The translations under genes were made by a program, and so were the position numbers. The notes under the pieces are model-generated. The model was not told the origin of the DNA. It searched no databases and worked only from the letters and a program-made list of their open reading frames with translations. Below, piece by piece: positions 19,724 through 28,994 of a DNA stretch of 29,785 nt (within the stretch, counting starts at the first letter, position 1; every line of letters begins with the position of its first letter). The DNA comes from Calditrichia bacterium (GTDB lineage Bacteria; Calditrichota; Calditrichia; RBG-13-44-9): assembly GCA_037381445.1 (NCBI GenBank), contig JARRQT010000007.1, positions 29,058-58,842 of the forward strand. The letters run 5' to 3'.

Positions 19724-20043
19724 CGGAAGTCCCTTTCGGTCATTTTGCATGTGCCCTCCCCGGAATTTGTCCTAAAAAAGATTTTTATTTTCGCGAAAAA
19801 ACAGTTCTGTTTTTCGCTGCCGCCTATCGACGGTACAAAGAAGTTCTCTGCTGCCAGAACAGGAAAATCATCTGGTCCGGTTGCCGCTGCAAATCGCCGT
19901 CCTCCATTGGCAGAAAACCACTTCTTCCCCCCAGAAAATTAAAAACATATTTATTTTAGACTGCCGTTCTTTTAAATTGAAATCCAATGAGAATTCGGTA
20001 TATCTAATAACAAAGCAAAATCTCATGATTCCAGGAGGAAAAA

Positions 20044-21069
20044 ATGGCTCGTCAAATCAACTGTAACGATCTTACCTTTTCTTTATATCCCCATGCCCAT
20101 GAAATGAAAATGTTCGAAAGCTATTACCGCGACGGAAAATGGGACGATGGCGCCGTTGTGGATTTTCACAACATCTCGCTTTCGCCGGCGGCAAACATTC
20201 TCAACTACGGACAGGGAATTTTTGAGGGATTGAAAGCCTATTACAGTCAAAAAGGAAACGTGGTGCTCTTCCGCCCGGAAGAGAACGCCAAACGTTTCGA
20301 AAAAAGCGCTCAGAAACTGGCCATTCCCGGCTTGACGGCCGAGATGTTTATGAAGGCGGTACACGATGTGGTGCTGGCAAATAAAGACTTCATTCCCAAA
20401 AGCAATGACGGAAAATGCAGCATGTACCTGCGGCCGGTATGCGTGGGAATCGAGCCGCTGCTGGGCGTGCGCGCCGCAAAGGAATACCTCTTTTATATCT
20501 TCGCCAGTCCGGTTGGTCCTTACTTCGACAAGGTCGGGGTGGTCAAGCTGATCGCCAAACACATTAACCGCGCCTCGCCCCACGGCACCGGGGACGCCAA
20601 GGCGGTCTGCAATTACCCGGTAACCATGCGGCCCAAACAGGATGCCAAAAAAGAGGGTTTTGATGACGTGATCTACCTGGACCCGATCGAGAACAAATAC
20701 ATTGAAGAAGCCGGCGCGTCCAACTTCTTTGCCCTGATGAAAGACGGCTCTGTTGTGACACCGCCCCTGGGTTCCATCCTGCCCGGCATTACGCGGGATT
20801 CCGTCATCCGCCTGCTGAAGGAAAAATACGGGAAGGAAGTCCGGGAGCGCAATCTGAGCGTGGAAGAGGCGGTCAGCAATGCCACGGAGTGTTTTATAAC
20901 CGGGACGGCCGCCATCATCACCTCCGTCAGCCATATCGGCTTTGACGGGAAGATCTATGATGTCAACCGCAATGATTATAAAATGGCGCTCGATCTCTAC
21001 AATACGCTCATCGGCATCCAGCTGCAGCAGGAAGAAGATGCATATGGATGGGTCACAGTGCTGGATTAA
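20044..21069 (+). CDS. ilvE: Branched-chain amino acid aminotransferase (group II; Gram-positive/eukaryote-like)
   Basis: LNYGQGIFEGLKAY, LFRP..N..R, YLRP, AKAVCNY (PLP Lys), [21 protein letters not shown]. Confidence 0.9.
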   Translation: MARQINCNDLTFSLYPHAHEMKMFESYYRDGKWDDGAVVDFHNISLSPAANILNYGQGIFEGLKAYYSQKGNVVLFRPEENAKRFEKSAQKLAIPGLTAEMFMKAVHDVVLANKDFIPKSNDGKCSMYLRPVCVGIEPLLGVRAAKEYLFYIFASPVGPYFDKVGVVKLIAKHINRASPHGTGDAKAVCNYPVTMRPKQDAKKEGFDDVIYLDPIENKYIEEAGASNFFALMKDGSVVTPPLGSILPGITRDSVIRLLKEKYGKEVRERNLSVEEAVSNATECFITGTAAIITSVSHIGFDGKIYDVNRNDYKMALDLYNTLIGIQLQQEEDAYGWVTVLD

Positions 21070-21193
21070 AAACTGACTCGAATGATGCGAGCCGGCTCAC
21101 ACCGTTATGGCGATAAACGATCCGCTTTACGGAACAAGGAATCGGTTTTACCCATTAGTTATTTATTCAAGTTAAACCAGTTACGGAGATTTT

Positions 21194-22123
21194 ATGGCAC
21201 CCAATAAAGGTTACGCAAAGAAAATATGGTATAACGGAAAATTTATCAATTGGGATGACGCGAATATTCATGTGATGTCCCATGTAGTACATTACGGCAC
21301 CTCCGTTTTCGAGGGGATCCGCTGTTACAAAACCAAAAAAGGCAGCGCCATATTCCGCCTGCCGGAACATATCAAACGGCTTTTTAATTCCGCCAAAATC
21401 TATCGGATGATGCCCACCGGCTTTGACTACCAGGCAATTTATGACGCCTGTGTCGAATCAGTAAAAGTGAACCAGTTCGAAGACTGCTATATCCGGCCGG
21501 TTATTTTCCGCGGCCTGGGCGAGTTTGGCGTGAATCCCTTCAAATCGCCAATTGAAACCTATATCATCACCTGGCACTGGGGCAAGTACCTGGGTCCCGA
21601 GGCGCTGGAACAGGGCGTGGATGTGCAGATTTCATCCTGGCACCGCTTCTCGCCCGATACCCTGCCGGCGCTGGCCAAGGCGGGCGCCAACTACATGAAC
21701 TCCCAGCTCATCAAGATGGAAGCCGTCGAAAACGGCTATGTGGAAGGCATTGCACTCGATTCGTCCGGCCACGTCTCGGAAGGAAGCGGTGAAAATATCT
21801 TCGTGGTAAAGGACGGAAAAATATATACTCCGCCGCTGGCCTCCTCCATCCTGCCGGGCATCACCCGCTGGTCCGTCATCCAGCTCTGCAAGGATATGGG
21901 TCTTGATCTGCACGAAGAAATGATTCCCCGTGAAATGCTCTACATCGCCGATGAGGTATTCTTCACCGGAACCGCCGCCGAAATCACCCCTATCCGCAGT
22001 ATTGATAAAATACAGATCGGTGCGGGGCACCGCGGCCCTGTCACCCAAAAACTGCAGGATGAGTATTTCGGCATCATCAGCGGTGAAAAGGAAGACCGCC
22101 GCGGCTGGCTGCAGTTCATATAG
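21194..22123 (+). CDS. ilvE: Branched-chain amino acid aminotransferase (group I; E. coli-like)
   Basis: [61 protein letters not shown]. Confidence 0.93.
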   Translation: MAPNKGYAKKIWYNGKFINWDDANIHVMSHVVHYGTSVFEGIRCYKTKKGSAIFRLPEHIKRLFNSAKIYRMMPTGFDYQAIYDACVESVKVNQFEDCYIRPVIFRGLGEFGVNPFKSPIETYIITWHWGKYLGPEALEQGVDVQISSWHRFSPDTLPALAKAGANYMNSQLIKMEAVENGYVEGIALDSSGHVSEGSGENIFVVKDGKIYTPPLASSILPGITRWSVIQLCKDMGLDLHEEMIPREMLYIADEVFFTGTAAEITPIRSIDKIQIGAGHRGPVTQKLQDEYFGIISGEKEDRRGWLQFI

Positions 22124-22142
22124 CCGTTGAGTCAACATAATA

Positions 22143-22190
22143 ATCCCCGGTCCTGTTTTCAGATGCGGTGCCGGGGATCTATTTTCCAAT
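22143..22190 (+). terminator. Possible terminator hairpin after the second BCAT
   Basis: ATCCCCGG (22143-22150)/CCGGGGAT (22171-22178), then TATTTT. Confidence 0.4.
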
Positions 22191-22385
22191 TTGCGGCATC
22201 CCCCTTATATCGCCTTCACTGCACTCCCCAACTCATTGAAACATCGCTTGCAATCGGCAGGCATTTTAAAGTATCTTCTTTCTTTTATTTGATAAAAGAC
22301 CGGCCTTTGAAGCTGACACTTCAATCCGGCCGGGGGATTTAAACTACTACAGACACGAATTCCTGATTCTGAGGAGGAAATTGTT

Positions 22386-23714
22386 ATGAATGCTTCAGCA
22401 GACATGGTCCCGGGTGTCTTCCACCCCACGAGGAAACCGTACCGCTTCACCGTGCTGTTCTTTGTCGCCATGCTGACCTTCGGCAGCTATTTCGCCTATG
22501 ACATCATCGGGGCGATCGCTCCGCGGCTGGTAGAAGACCTGGGGGCGGCGCGCGGCACCATCGGGTCATTTTATACAATGTACAGCATCGCCGCCATCCT
22601 GTCGGTGTTTATCGGCGGGTTGCTTATTGATAAACTGGGCACCCGCAAGGCCAGCCTTCTGTTTTCCATACTGGTCTTTGTAGGCGCCGGAATCGTCGCT
22701 TTTGCAGGCAGTATTCCCATTCTTTTCGTCGGCCGCTTTATTTTCGGGGCCGGCGCCGAACCGCTGGTTGTGGCACAGAGCGCTATCCTGGCCCGCTGGT
22801 TCAAGGGGAAGGAACTGGCACTGTCCTTCGGCATCGCGCTTACCGTCAGCCGCCTGGGCACCCTGTTCAGCTTTAATACCGGCGAACTGATCGCCAACTA
22901 CTACGGAAGCTACCACTATTCCCTGTGGGCCGCCGTGCTGTTCTGCGCGTTCTCGCTGATCGCCAACCTGGTTTATATTGTCATGGACCGCCGCGGCGAA
23001 CACGCCCTGGACCTCAAGGAAGAAAGCGCCGAGGAAAAGATCGTGTTCTCCGACATAAAAGAGTTCAAACCCAGCTTCTGGTTTGTCACCATGCTGTGCG
23101 TGACTTTCTACTCCGCCATCTTCCCCTTCACCGCGCTCTCCACCGATTTCTTCGTGGACAAATGGGGAATTCCCGCGGTAGCCGAGGCCGGCGGCAGTTT
23201 CGTTCACCAGGTCTTCAATAACTTCCTGCACATGTTCAGTACCGCCGGAGGCATTACTTCCATCATCATCTTCGCCTCCATGATCCTGGCTCCCTTCGCG
23301 GGACAACTGGTTGACAAGATCGGAAAACGAGCTTCACTGATGATCCTGGGCTCCGTGGTCATGATCCCCGCTTACCTGCTGATGGGCCTGACTCACATTT
23401 ACCCGGTGATTCCCATGATTATCCTGGGCGCCGCCTTCGTGCTGGTGCCTGCCGCCATGTGGCCGGCCGTGCCGCTGATCGTGCGTGAAGAAAGAGTGGG
23501 AACTGCTTTCGGATTGATGACCATGATCCAGAATATCGGCCTGGCGCTCTTCCCGTTCCTCAACGGGGTACTGCGCGACTGGACCCATACCTACACCGCC
23601 AGCATGATGATGTTCGCCAGCCTGGGGTTATTCGGACTGGTATTCGCCTTCCTGCTGAAACACGCCAATACCAAAGAAAACGGCCTGCTGGAAGCGCCCG
23701 GTGTGAAAGCCTGA
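22386..23714 (+). CDS. MFS transporter, MFSD1-like
   Basis: 12-TM pattern, G.LIDKLG and GQLVDKIG motif A, FGSYFAYD in TM1, RWFKGKELAL.FG, GTAFG....QN.GL; GAGGAGG RBS. Confidence 0.9.
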   Translation: MNASADMVPGVFHPTRKPYRFTVLFFVAMLTFGSYFAYDIIGAIAPRLVEDLGAARGTIGSFYTMYSIAAILSVFIGGLLIDKLGTRKASLLFSILVFVGAGIVAFAGSIPILFVGRFIFGAGAEPLVVAQSAILARWFKGKELALSFGIALTVSRLGTLFSFNTGELIANYYGSYHYSLWAAVLFCAFSLIANLVYIVMDRRGEHALDLKEESAEEKIVFSDIKEFKPSFWFVTMLCVTFYSAIFPFTALSTDFFVDKWGIPAVAEAGGSFVHQVFNNFLHMFSTAGGITSIIIFASMILAPFAGQLVDKIGKRASLMILGSVVMIPAYLLMGLTHIYPVIPMIILGAAFVLVPAAMWPAVPLIVREERVGTAFGLMTMIQNIGLALFPFLNGVLRDWTHTYTASMMMFASLGLFGLVFAFLLKHANTKENGLLEAPGVKA

Positions 23715-23720
23715 TTTCTC

Positions 23721-23766
23721 TTATTTACCTTCCCGGAAGCTTGAAACTTCCGGGAAGGTGAAATAA
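23721..23766. repeat. REP-like palindrome family A, copy 1; also a bidirectional terminator
   Basis: ACCTTCCCGGAAG-CTTGAAA-CTTCCGGGAAGGT, extended by TTATTT/AAATAA; lies between convergent genes. Confidence 0.8.
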
Positions 23767-23768
23767 CC

Positions 23769-24902
23769 TCACACCATTTTTCTTCGTATCCACTCCTTAA
23801 AAAAGATATCCATGATAAAATAACTGTTCCGCTCTTTATCCAAAATTTGCCGTTTCATCAGGAGACGGACAGATGTCTGCACGCTGGATGAGCTGCCAAG
23901 ATTATTATCTCTGATGAAATCCTGGGAGTATAGCGCATTTCCTCCGGAAGCGGCGATGGCAAACAGCAGGCGGCGCTGATGCAGGGAAAGTCCATCCCAA
24001 ATAGAAATATACATCGGGGTATTTTCAGTGAGGAGGCTTAAAAGAGTAGGCCCCAGGTCTGCGTCAGTAATTCTTTTTGCTTCGGAAAAATCGTCCCAAA
24101 GTTTATGACATAAATATTGCGCATTGTGGGGATAATCATTCACCATTTCCAAAATGCCGGCAATCGTGTTCTTTTCAATCGAGAATCCCGTTTTATGAAA
24201 GGCATTTTGAATAAAATCAATGAATTCGTCTCTGGGAAGTTTGTCCAGATTCATGATTCGCCCCATTTTGAAAAAAGCCCGGTCGGGATTTGCCACCATA
24301 TCATATATCAGATGTCTCTTGGAGCCGGCGAACAGATATCCGACCTTATCATGATGCTGAAAACTGGCGCGCATGGTTTTTTCGATGGAATCGCCATTCA
24401 AGTTCACGACTTCCTGAAATTCATCAAACACGATGATAAAAGGAGTCCTCTTTTTCTCGGCAAGCTTTTGAGGAAGGTCGTAAACTTCATCGAGGAAATG
24501 TAAAATTTCTTCTGTCTGGGACACATATTCGATACCCAGCGCAGCGCTGCCATCCGGCTGCATGCTGATTTTGGGCCGCAGGCCGGGCAGTGTCTTTTTT
24601 AGGAAATTAAACATCTTCTCAGTCTTCGTTTCCACAGCCCGGGCAATTTCCCGTGTATAAATTTCCAGAAAATTATGCAGGGAAGTGACCTTATAGAGAT
24701 CAATATAGGCCGTGTAGAAGCCTTTGGATTTCAGTTCTTCCAGGGCTTTCAAGATCAGGGAAGTTTTACCGTAGCGCCGGGGGGAGATGAGAAATATACG
24801 CTCGGTGCTGCCAAGGTCGCGGACAAGTTCTGCAAGCTCCGCAGTCCGGTTGGTGAAATTTTCACCTGTTACAGCCTCGCCGTAAACAAAGGGGTTTTTC
24901 AT
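23769..24902 (-). CDS. AAA+/STAND-like ATPase (archaeal ATPase-type) with a probable C-terminal winged helix
   Basis: NPF.YG..V....F.NR..EL, Walker A SPRRYGKTS, Walker B IIVFDEFQ, FAGS, D.FFKEW C-terminus. Confidence 0.85.
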   Translation of the reverse strand: MKNPFVYGEAVTGENFTNRTAELAELVRDLGSTERIFLISPRRYGKTSLILKALEELKSKGFYTAYIDLYKVTSLHNFLEIYTREIARAVETKTEKMFNFLKKTLPGLRPKISMQPDGSAALGIEYVSQTEEILHFLDEVYDLPQKLAEKKRTPFIIVFDEFQEVVNLNGDSIEKTMRASFQHHDKVGYLFAGSKRHLIYDMVANPDRAFFKMGRIMNLDKLPRDEFIDFIQNAFHKTGFSIEKNTIAGILEMVNDYPHNAQYLCHKLWDDFSEAKRITDADLGPTLLSLLTENTPMYISIWDGLSLHQRRLLFAIAASGGNALYSQDFIRDNNLGSSSSVQTSVRLLMKRQILDKERNSYFIMDIFFKEWIRRKMV

Positions 24903-25001
24903 GGTTTGCTCCGGTTATGCCGATTAACATTATGCACATCCGCATAATATTAATATACATAATTTCCGGTCAAATCAAAGCCTGTTTTTTGGGGCATGCG
25001 T

Positions 25002-25051
25002 CTTCCCGGACACCTGGAGCTTCCGGGAAGGCGGGAGGTAAAAGTAAAATC
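25002..25051. repeat. REP-like family A, copy 2, with 21-nt tail (50-bp unit repeated at the window end)
   Basis: CTTCCCGGACACCTGGAGCTTCCGGGAAGGCGGGAGGTAAAAGTAAAATC; 49/50 identical to 29736-29785. Confidence 0.9.
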
Positions 25052-25053
25052 GA

Positions 25054-25653
25054 TTACTGGGATTTGACTTCGTATCCGGCCGGCACCGCAAATTTATCGG
25101 CAGGAATCCCGGCGTTCTCTTCCAGGCTTACCGCCTGCTTCAAAATGTTGCCGTAGGGGGTTTCCTGGCTGTGGTAGAGGGTGATGTGCGACCAGCCCGC
25201 AAAAATGGCCTTGCCGTAGTCGGTTTCCATGTAGTAGGCGCTGCAGTTCTTGCCGGCCACCGTCATATCCGGTTTGTCCTGGTATTTATATTTCTCTTTC
25301 TGTTCGGGCTGGAAGCCTTCCTTGTCGAAGCGCATTTCGGTGCCGTTGGTGGCGTGTTCGGTCATGATATAAGCTGTGTTGGGCGGGGTGTATTCGTTGA
25401 TCACATACATCTTCTGCCCGTCCGTGAAACGCGTCTCGCGGAGGTTTCCGTCCGGCTTGTAGGTCTCAATCCGTTCCTTGGTGCCGTAGTCATCGAAATA
25501 GACGATTTCCTGGCGGGTGCCGGACATGTCCTTCACCTCGAATTTGATGATGCCGGACTTGACGTCATATTTTTTGTGAATGGGGGTCTGCACGGCAGCG
25601 GCTGCCGCCGCGCCTGACGCTGCCGCTCCGCCGGCTGGTGCTCCGTTTGACAT
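25054..25653 (-). CDS. Hypothetical beta-rich protein (DUF4412-like C-terminal half)
   Basis: GGAGG RBS before ATG 25653; KYDVKSGII, YFDDYG, TVAGKNC..Y, FAVPAGY; GC-rich third codon positions. Confidence 0.75.
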   Translation of the reverse strand: MSNGAPAGGAAASGAAAAAAVQTPIHKKYDVKSGIIKFEVKDMSGTRQEIVYFDDYGTKERIETYKPDGNLRETRFTDGQKMYVINEYTPPNTAYIMTEHATNGTEMRFDKEGFQPEQKEKYKYQDKPDMTVAGKNCSAYYMETDYGKAIFAGWSHITLYHSQETPYGNILKQAVSLEENAGIPADKFAVPAGYEVKSQ

Positions 25654-26115
25654 ATTTACCTCCATAATTTGATGATCATGGTATAAATCGAAGCCTGCAT
25701 TTTTCGCAACCATCTCAGGTTCCTAAGCCAAATATCAAATTACACAATACTCCGGGTATAAACAAGAGCGAAGGCCCGCCACTGAGAGGAGCATCATTTG
25801 ATCCATTCTTCGGAATTCCCTTTTTGAGTTGCCCCGGTGCTCACGCCGAATGCATTAATTCTCCAAAAGCTTTCCAAGGGCAACCAATTCATTCAATAGT
25901 TGAATATTAACCAGGAATTGCATAATATAAATCCTTATTGGTCGTCGACACCGGTTTCAGCCTGTGAAATGACCATACGGATGACGGTCATTCTCTACAG
26001 ATCTGTCAGCCACGGGGAATTGAAAAGAAATAACTGCGCTGGAAATTCGAATTTATTGTGAGAGCCTGATCTTTTATCCATTGCAAGTCAGCTAAGACCA
26101 GAGGAGGCTGGAAAC

Positions 26116-26241
26116 ATGCAATGTGCACAATTCGGCAAGCGGGGGTCGAAGGTATTGACGATGGGCTTCGGCGCCTGGGCGATTGGCGGAATCAATTTGG
26201 CGGCTGATGGGGAGTGCATCTGCCGATTGTCCTTGAATTAA
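26116..26241 (+). pseudogene. Truncated aldo/keto reductase 5' remnant
   Basis: GAGGAGG RBS, then MQCAQFGKRGSKVLTMGFGAWAIGG, matching the AKR N-terminus (M....G..G.KV...GFG.WAIGG); stop after 41 aa. Confidence 0.7.
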
Positions 26242-26269
26242 AAACTTAAAAAGCAAAAAATGGAATGAC

Positions 26270-27502
26270 ATGCAAGCGGTTTTTATAATTGGCATAATCA
26301 TTTTTACAGGTTTCCTTTTTGGCGAGGCTTGTGCCCGCTTGAAGTTGCCCAAGGTTACCGGGTATATTTTGGCTGGTACTTTTCTGAATCCAAATCTTAT
26401 CAATATTGTCCCACGGGATTTTGTGGTGCATACCAGCCTGCTAACCAATATCGCACTCTCGTTCATCACCTTTTCGGTTGGTGGAACGCTGCTATATTCC
26501 CGCATCCGCACCCTGGGAAAAGGCATTTTGTTTATCACAGTCTTTGAAGCTGAATTTGCTTTTCTGACAATAATCTTGATTTTCACTGCCCTGGCTCCCC
26601 GGATGCTTCATCTGCCCGGTGCGACAATGACATCGATTTATATTCCCCTGGCCTTCTTATTAGCTTCCCTGGCGTCGCCAACCGACCCCTCCGCGACACT
26701 TGCTGTCGAACATGAATACAAAGCAAAAGGGGATGTCACATCAACAATCATGGGTGTGGCCGCATTCGATGATTTCCTTGGCATTGTGAATTATACGATT
26801 GCAGTTGTGGTTGCCGGAGTTTTGATTCATCGCCAGTCTTTCGATCTTGGTTCGATCCTGACAACATTACTTATTATCCTGAGCTCCGTTATATTGGGTG
26901 GCGTGTTCGGTTTTATTCTAAATCGCCTGGCCAGGATCATAAAAGACGAGGACCAGGGAACACTGATTGTGCTGGTGTTCGGCCTCCTGTCGCTGTGCTA
27001 CGGTTTGGCCACAATGTTGGATATCGACCCGCTTCTTGCAACCATGACAATGGGCATTGTCGTGGTCAATTTTTGTCCCAGGCGGGATACGTTATTCAAA
27101 GTATTGGAAGAATATACCGAGCAATTGATTTTTGTCATCTTCTTTACCATAAGCGCCATGCATCTCAATTTCTCGGTTCTGGCTTCCAATTATTTGTTGA
27201 TTATTATTTTCGTGATTTTTCGTGCTTTGGGAAAATTTAGCGGGACGATGGTTGGCGGTGCACTTGCAAAATCTTCTGCGAAAGTTCGAAAATACACTGC
27301 AGGCGGTTTGATTCCCCAGGGCGGAATTGTTATTGGCCTTGCTTTGATCATTCGGCAGAATAGCGTTTTCAATTCAATTTCCGACATCATTATCAGCGTT
27401 ATCATCGGGGCCACCATAATCCATGAAATTATCGGTCCGGTCATTTCGAAGTTCGCATTGGAAAAGGCCGGTGAAATAAATCTTGAACAGCATGGGAAAT
27501 AA
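26270..27502 (+). CDS. Cation:proton antiporter (Na+/H+ exchanger family)
   Basis: KLPKVTGYILAG, PTDPSAT, AAFDD, FF..SAMHL, R.LGK, IPQGG..IGL, EIIGP; about 12-13 TM segments. Confidence 0.9.
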   Translation: MQAVFIIGIIIFTGFLFGEACARLKLPKVTGYILAGTFLNPNLINIVPRDFVVHTSLLTNIALSFITFSVGGTLLYSRIRTLGKGILFITVFEAEFAFLTIILIFTALAPRMLHLPGATMTSIYIPLAFLLASLASPTDPSATLAVEHEYKAKGDVTSTIMGVAAFDDFLGIVNYTIAVVVAGVLIHRQSFDLGSILTTLLIILSSVILGGVFGFILNRLARIIKDEDQGTLIVLVFGLLSLCYGLATMLDIDPLLATMTMGIVVVNFCPRRDTLFKVLEEYTEQLIFVIFFTISAMHLNFSVLASNYLLIIIFVIFRALGKFSGTMVGGALAKSSAKVRKYTAGGLIPQGGIVIGLALIIRQNSVFNSISDIIISVIIGATIIHEIIGPVISKFALEKAGEINLEQHGK

Positions 27503-27701
27503 TATAAATGAGAAATGTTCGGCTTGACGGATTTCCGGTTAGGAGTTCCGGGTCAAACTGATTCTTACTTAGAATAATCACTATATTCGATAAAAATAAC
27601 ATTGTGATGATGAGGTCCGGATTTTCAAAGGCGAGACAGGAGTGAATGCAAACAATCGTCTGTGATCATTAGCCAGAGCTTTATTTAATTTCTTTATTAC
27701 C

Positions 27702-27817
27702 TTGCCCCGGTATTTATGCCGGGGATAATAATTCCACCCGAAATTCCCCGGCTTTAGCCGAATAGGTTAGGCTGAAGCCCTTTTTGATCTCCCCGTAGGG
27801 CTAAAGTTTCCGTGGAG
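27702..27817. repeat. Composite REP/REPIN-like palindrome cluster (family B) between convergent genes
   Basis: CCCCGGTA-TTTA-TGCCGGGG hairpin, GGCTTTAGCC-N10-GGCTGAAGCC hairpin, and a degenerate third unit containing GGGCTAAAG. Confidence 0.6.
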
Positions 27818-27820
27818 ATA

Positions 27821-28528
27821 TCAGCTCAAAAACACTTTTTTGTATTCCCCCATTGCCGCCATTTCTGATGCATCACCCTGCAATGCGACCTTTCCCAGTC
27901 GCAAAACATAGGCACGATTGGCCAGGCTCAGCGCCTCCTTAACCTTCTGTTCCACTATCAAAATAGCCATACCGTAGCTTCGGTTAAGCGCCCTGATCAT
28001 CTCAAATACATCTTTCACCAAGGCTGGCGCCAGTCCCAGGGATGGCTCATCCATCAGCAGCAGTTTAGGGCGCTGGATGAGAGCCATGCCCAGCGCTAAC
28101 ATTTGCTGCTCGCCCCCACTTAGTTTCCCGGCAGACTGTTTGCGACGCTCTTTCAAAATAGGGAACTGCCGGTAGGCATCTTCAAAACGCTGTTTTATCA
28201 ACTTCTTCTCCTTAAAGATAAAGGAGGCTACTTCCAGGTTTTCCTGCACGGTCATTTCGTCGAACACCTGGCTGCCTTGGGGAATCATTGAGATGCCGCG
28301 GCGCACGTTCTCGTGCGGCTTCGAATCCAGCAACATATTTTCGAAGCGGATTTCTCCGCTCCACTTTGGCAACACCCCGATAATGGATTTGAGGATTGTA
28401 GATTTCCCTGCGCCGTTATGGCCGATCAGCGCCACAATTTCGCCTTCCTTTACCGACAGGGATACATCATCGATGATCAGCTTCTTGCCATAGCCGGTTT
28501 TAAGGTTGCTTATTTTCAGCATGTCCAC
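27821..28528 (-). CDS. livF: Branched-chain amino acid-type ABC transporter ATP-binding protein (LivF-like)
   Basis: GHNGAGKST, PQG..VF..MTV.ENL, LSGGEQQMLA, LLMDEPSLGLAP, IVEQ. Confidence 0.88.
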   Translation of the reverse strand: MDMLKISNLKTGYGKKLIIDDVSLSVKEGEIVALIGHNGAGKSTILKSIIGVLPKWSGEIRFENMLLDSKPHENVRRGISMIPQGSQVFDEMTVQENLEVASFIFKEKKLIKQRFEDAYRQFPILKERRKQSAGKLSGGEQQMLALGMALIQRPKLLLMDEPSLGLAPALVKDVFEMIRALNRSYGMAILIVEQKVKEALSLANRAYVLRLGKVALQGDASEMAAMGEYKKVFLS

Positions 28529-28558
28529 CAGAATGTCACCTGAGTTTTTTTATCATTT

Positions 28559-28587
28559 GTCATTCCAACGGGGATTGTTGGAATCCA
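28559..28587 (+). repeat. REP-like palindrome family C (GTC-tagged), left copy
   Basis: GTC-ATTCCAAC-GGGGATT-GTTGGAAT-CCA. Confidence 0.8.
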
Positions 28588-28643
28588 TGCTACAGGGATG
28601 TAATTCTTCCTGAGTTTCTAAGAAAGAAATAACTAAAACAAAA

Positions 28644-28934
28644 TTACATAAGATCATTATACAAATCTTTCCACTCCGGATTCATCTTCTCGATCAATAT
28701 TATTTTCTGTCGTCGCTTCCATTTTTTAATTTGCTTTTCTCTTTGTATCGCACCCTCTGCGTTTTCAAGCACTTCATAATAAACCAATTTATCTACATTG
28801 TATTTTTGAGTAAAGCCTTTTACCAATTTATTTTTATGCTGCCAAACGCGTTTGATTAAATCCGATGTTATACCGGTATATAATGTGCCGTTGCGTTTGC
28901 TGGCAAGAATGTAAACGTAAAATTGTTTATCCAC
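28644..28934 (-). CDS. Stand-alone GIY-YIG nuclease family protein
   Basis: YVYILAS..NGTLYTGITSDL.KRV.QH...FT.KY.V..LVYYE...AI.REKQIKKW.R..K..LIE..NP.W.DLY. Confidence 0.93.
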   Translation of the reverse strand: MDKQFYVYILASKRNGTLYTGITSDLIKRVWQHKNKLVKGFTQKYNVDKLVYYEVLENAEGAIQREKQIKKWKRRQKIILIEKMNPEWKDLYNDLM

Positions 28935-28994
28935 TTACATTTTCTTTTTACGAAAATATATGAATATCATATAGCTGTCTCATCCAGGGGGTTC

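Noticed and set aside
25765..25795. CCCGCCACTG resembling part of a cobalamin riboswitch
   Set aside because: The other conserved elements (GGGAA/GGTG.AA.TCC, AG.CAG.A.ACC) could not be found in the right arrangement.
26092..26586. 164-aa minus-strand ORF
   Set aside because: Antisense to the antiporter and the AKR stub; no motifs.
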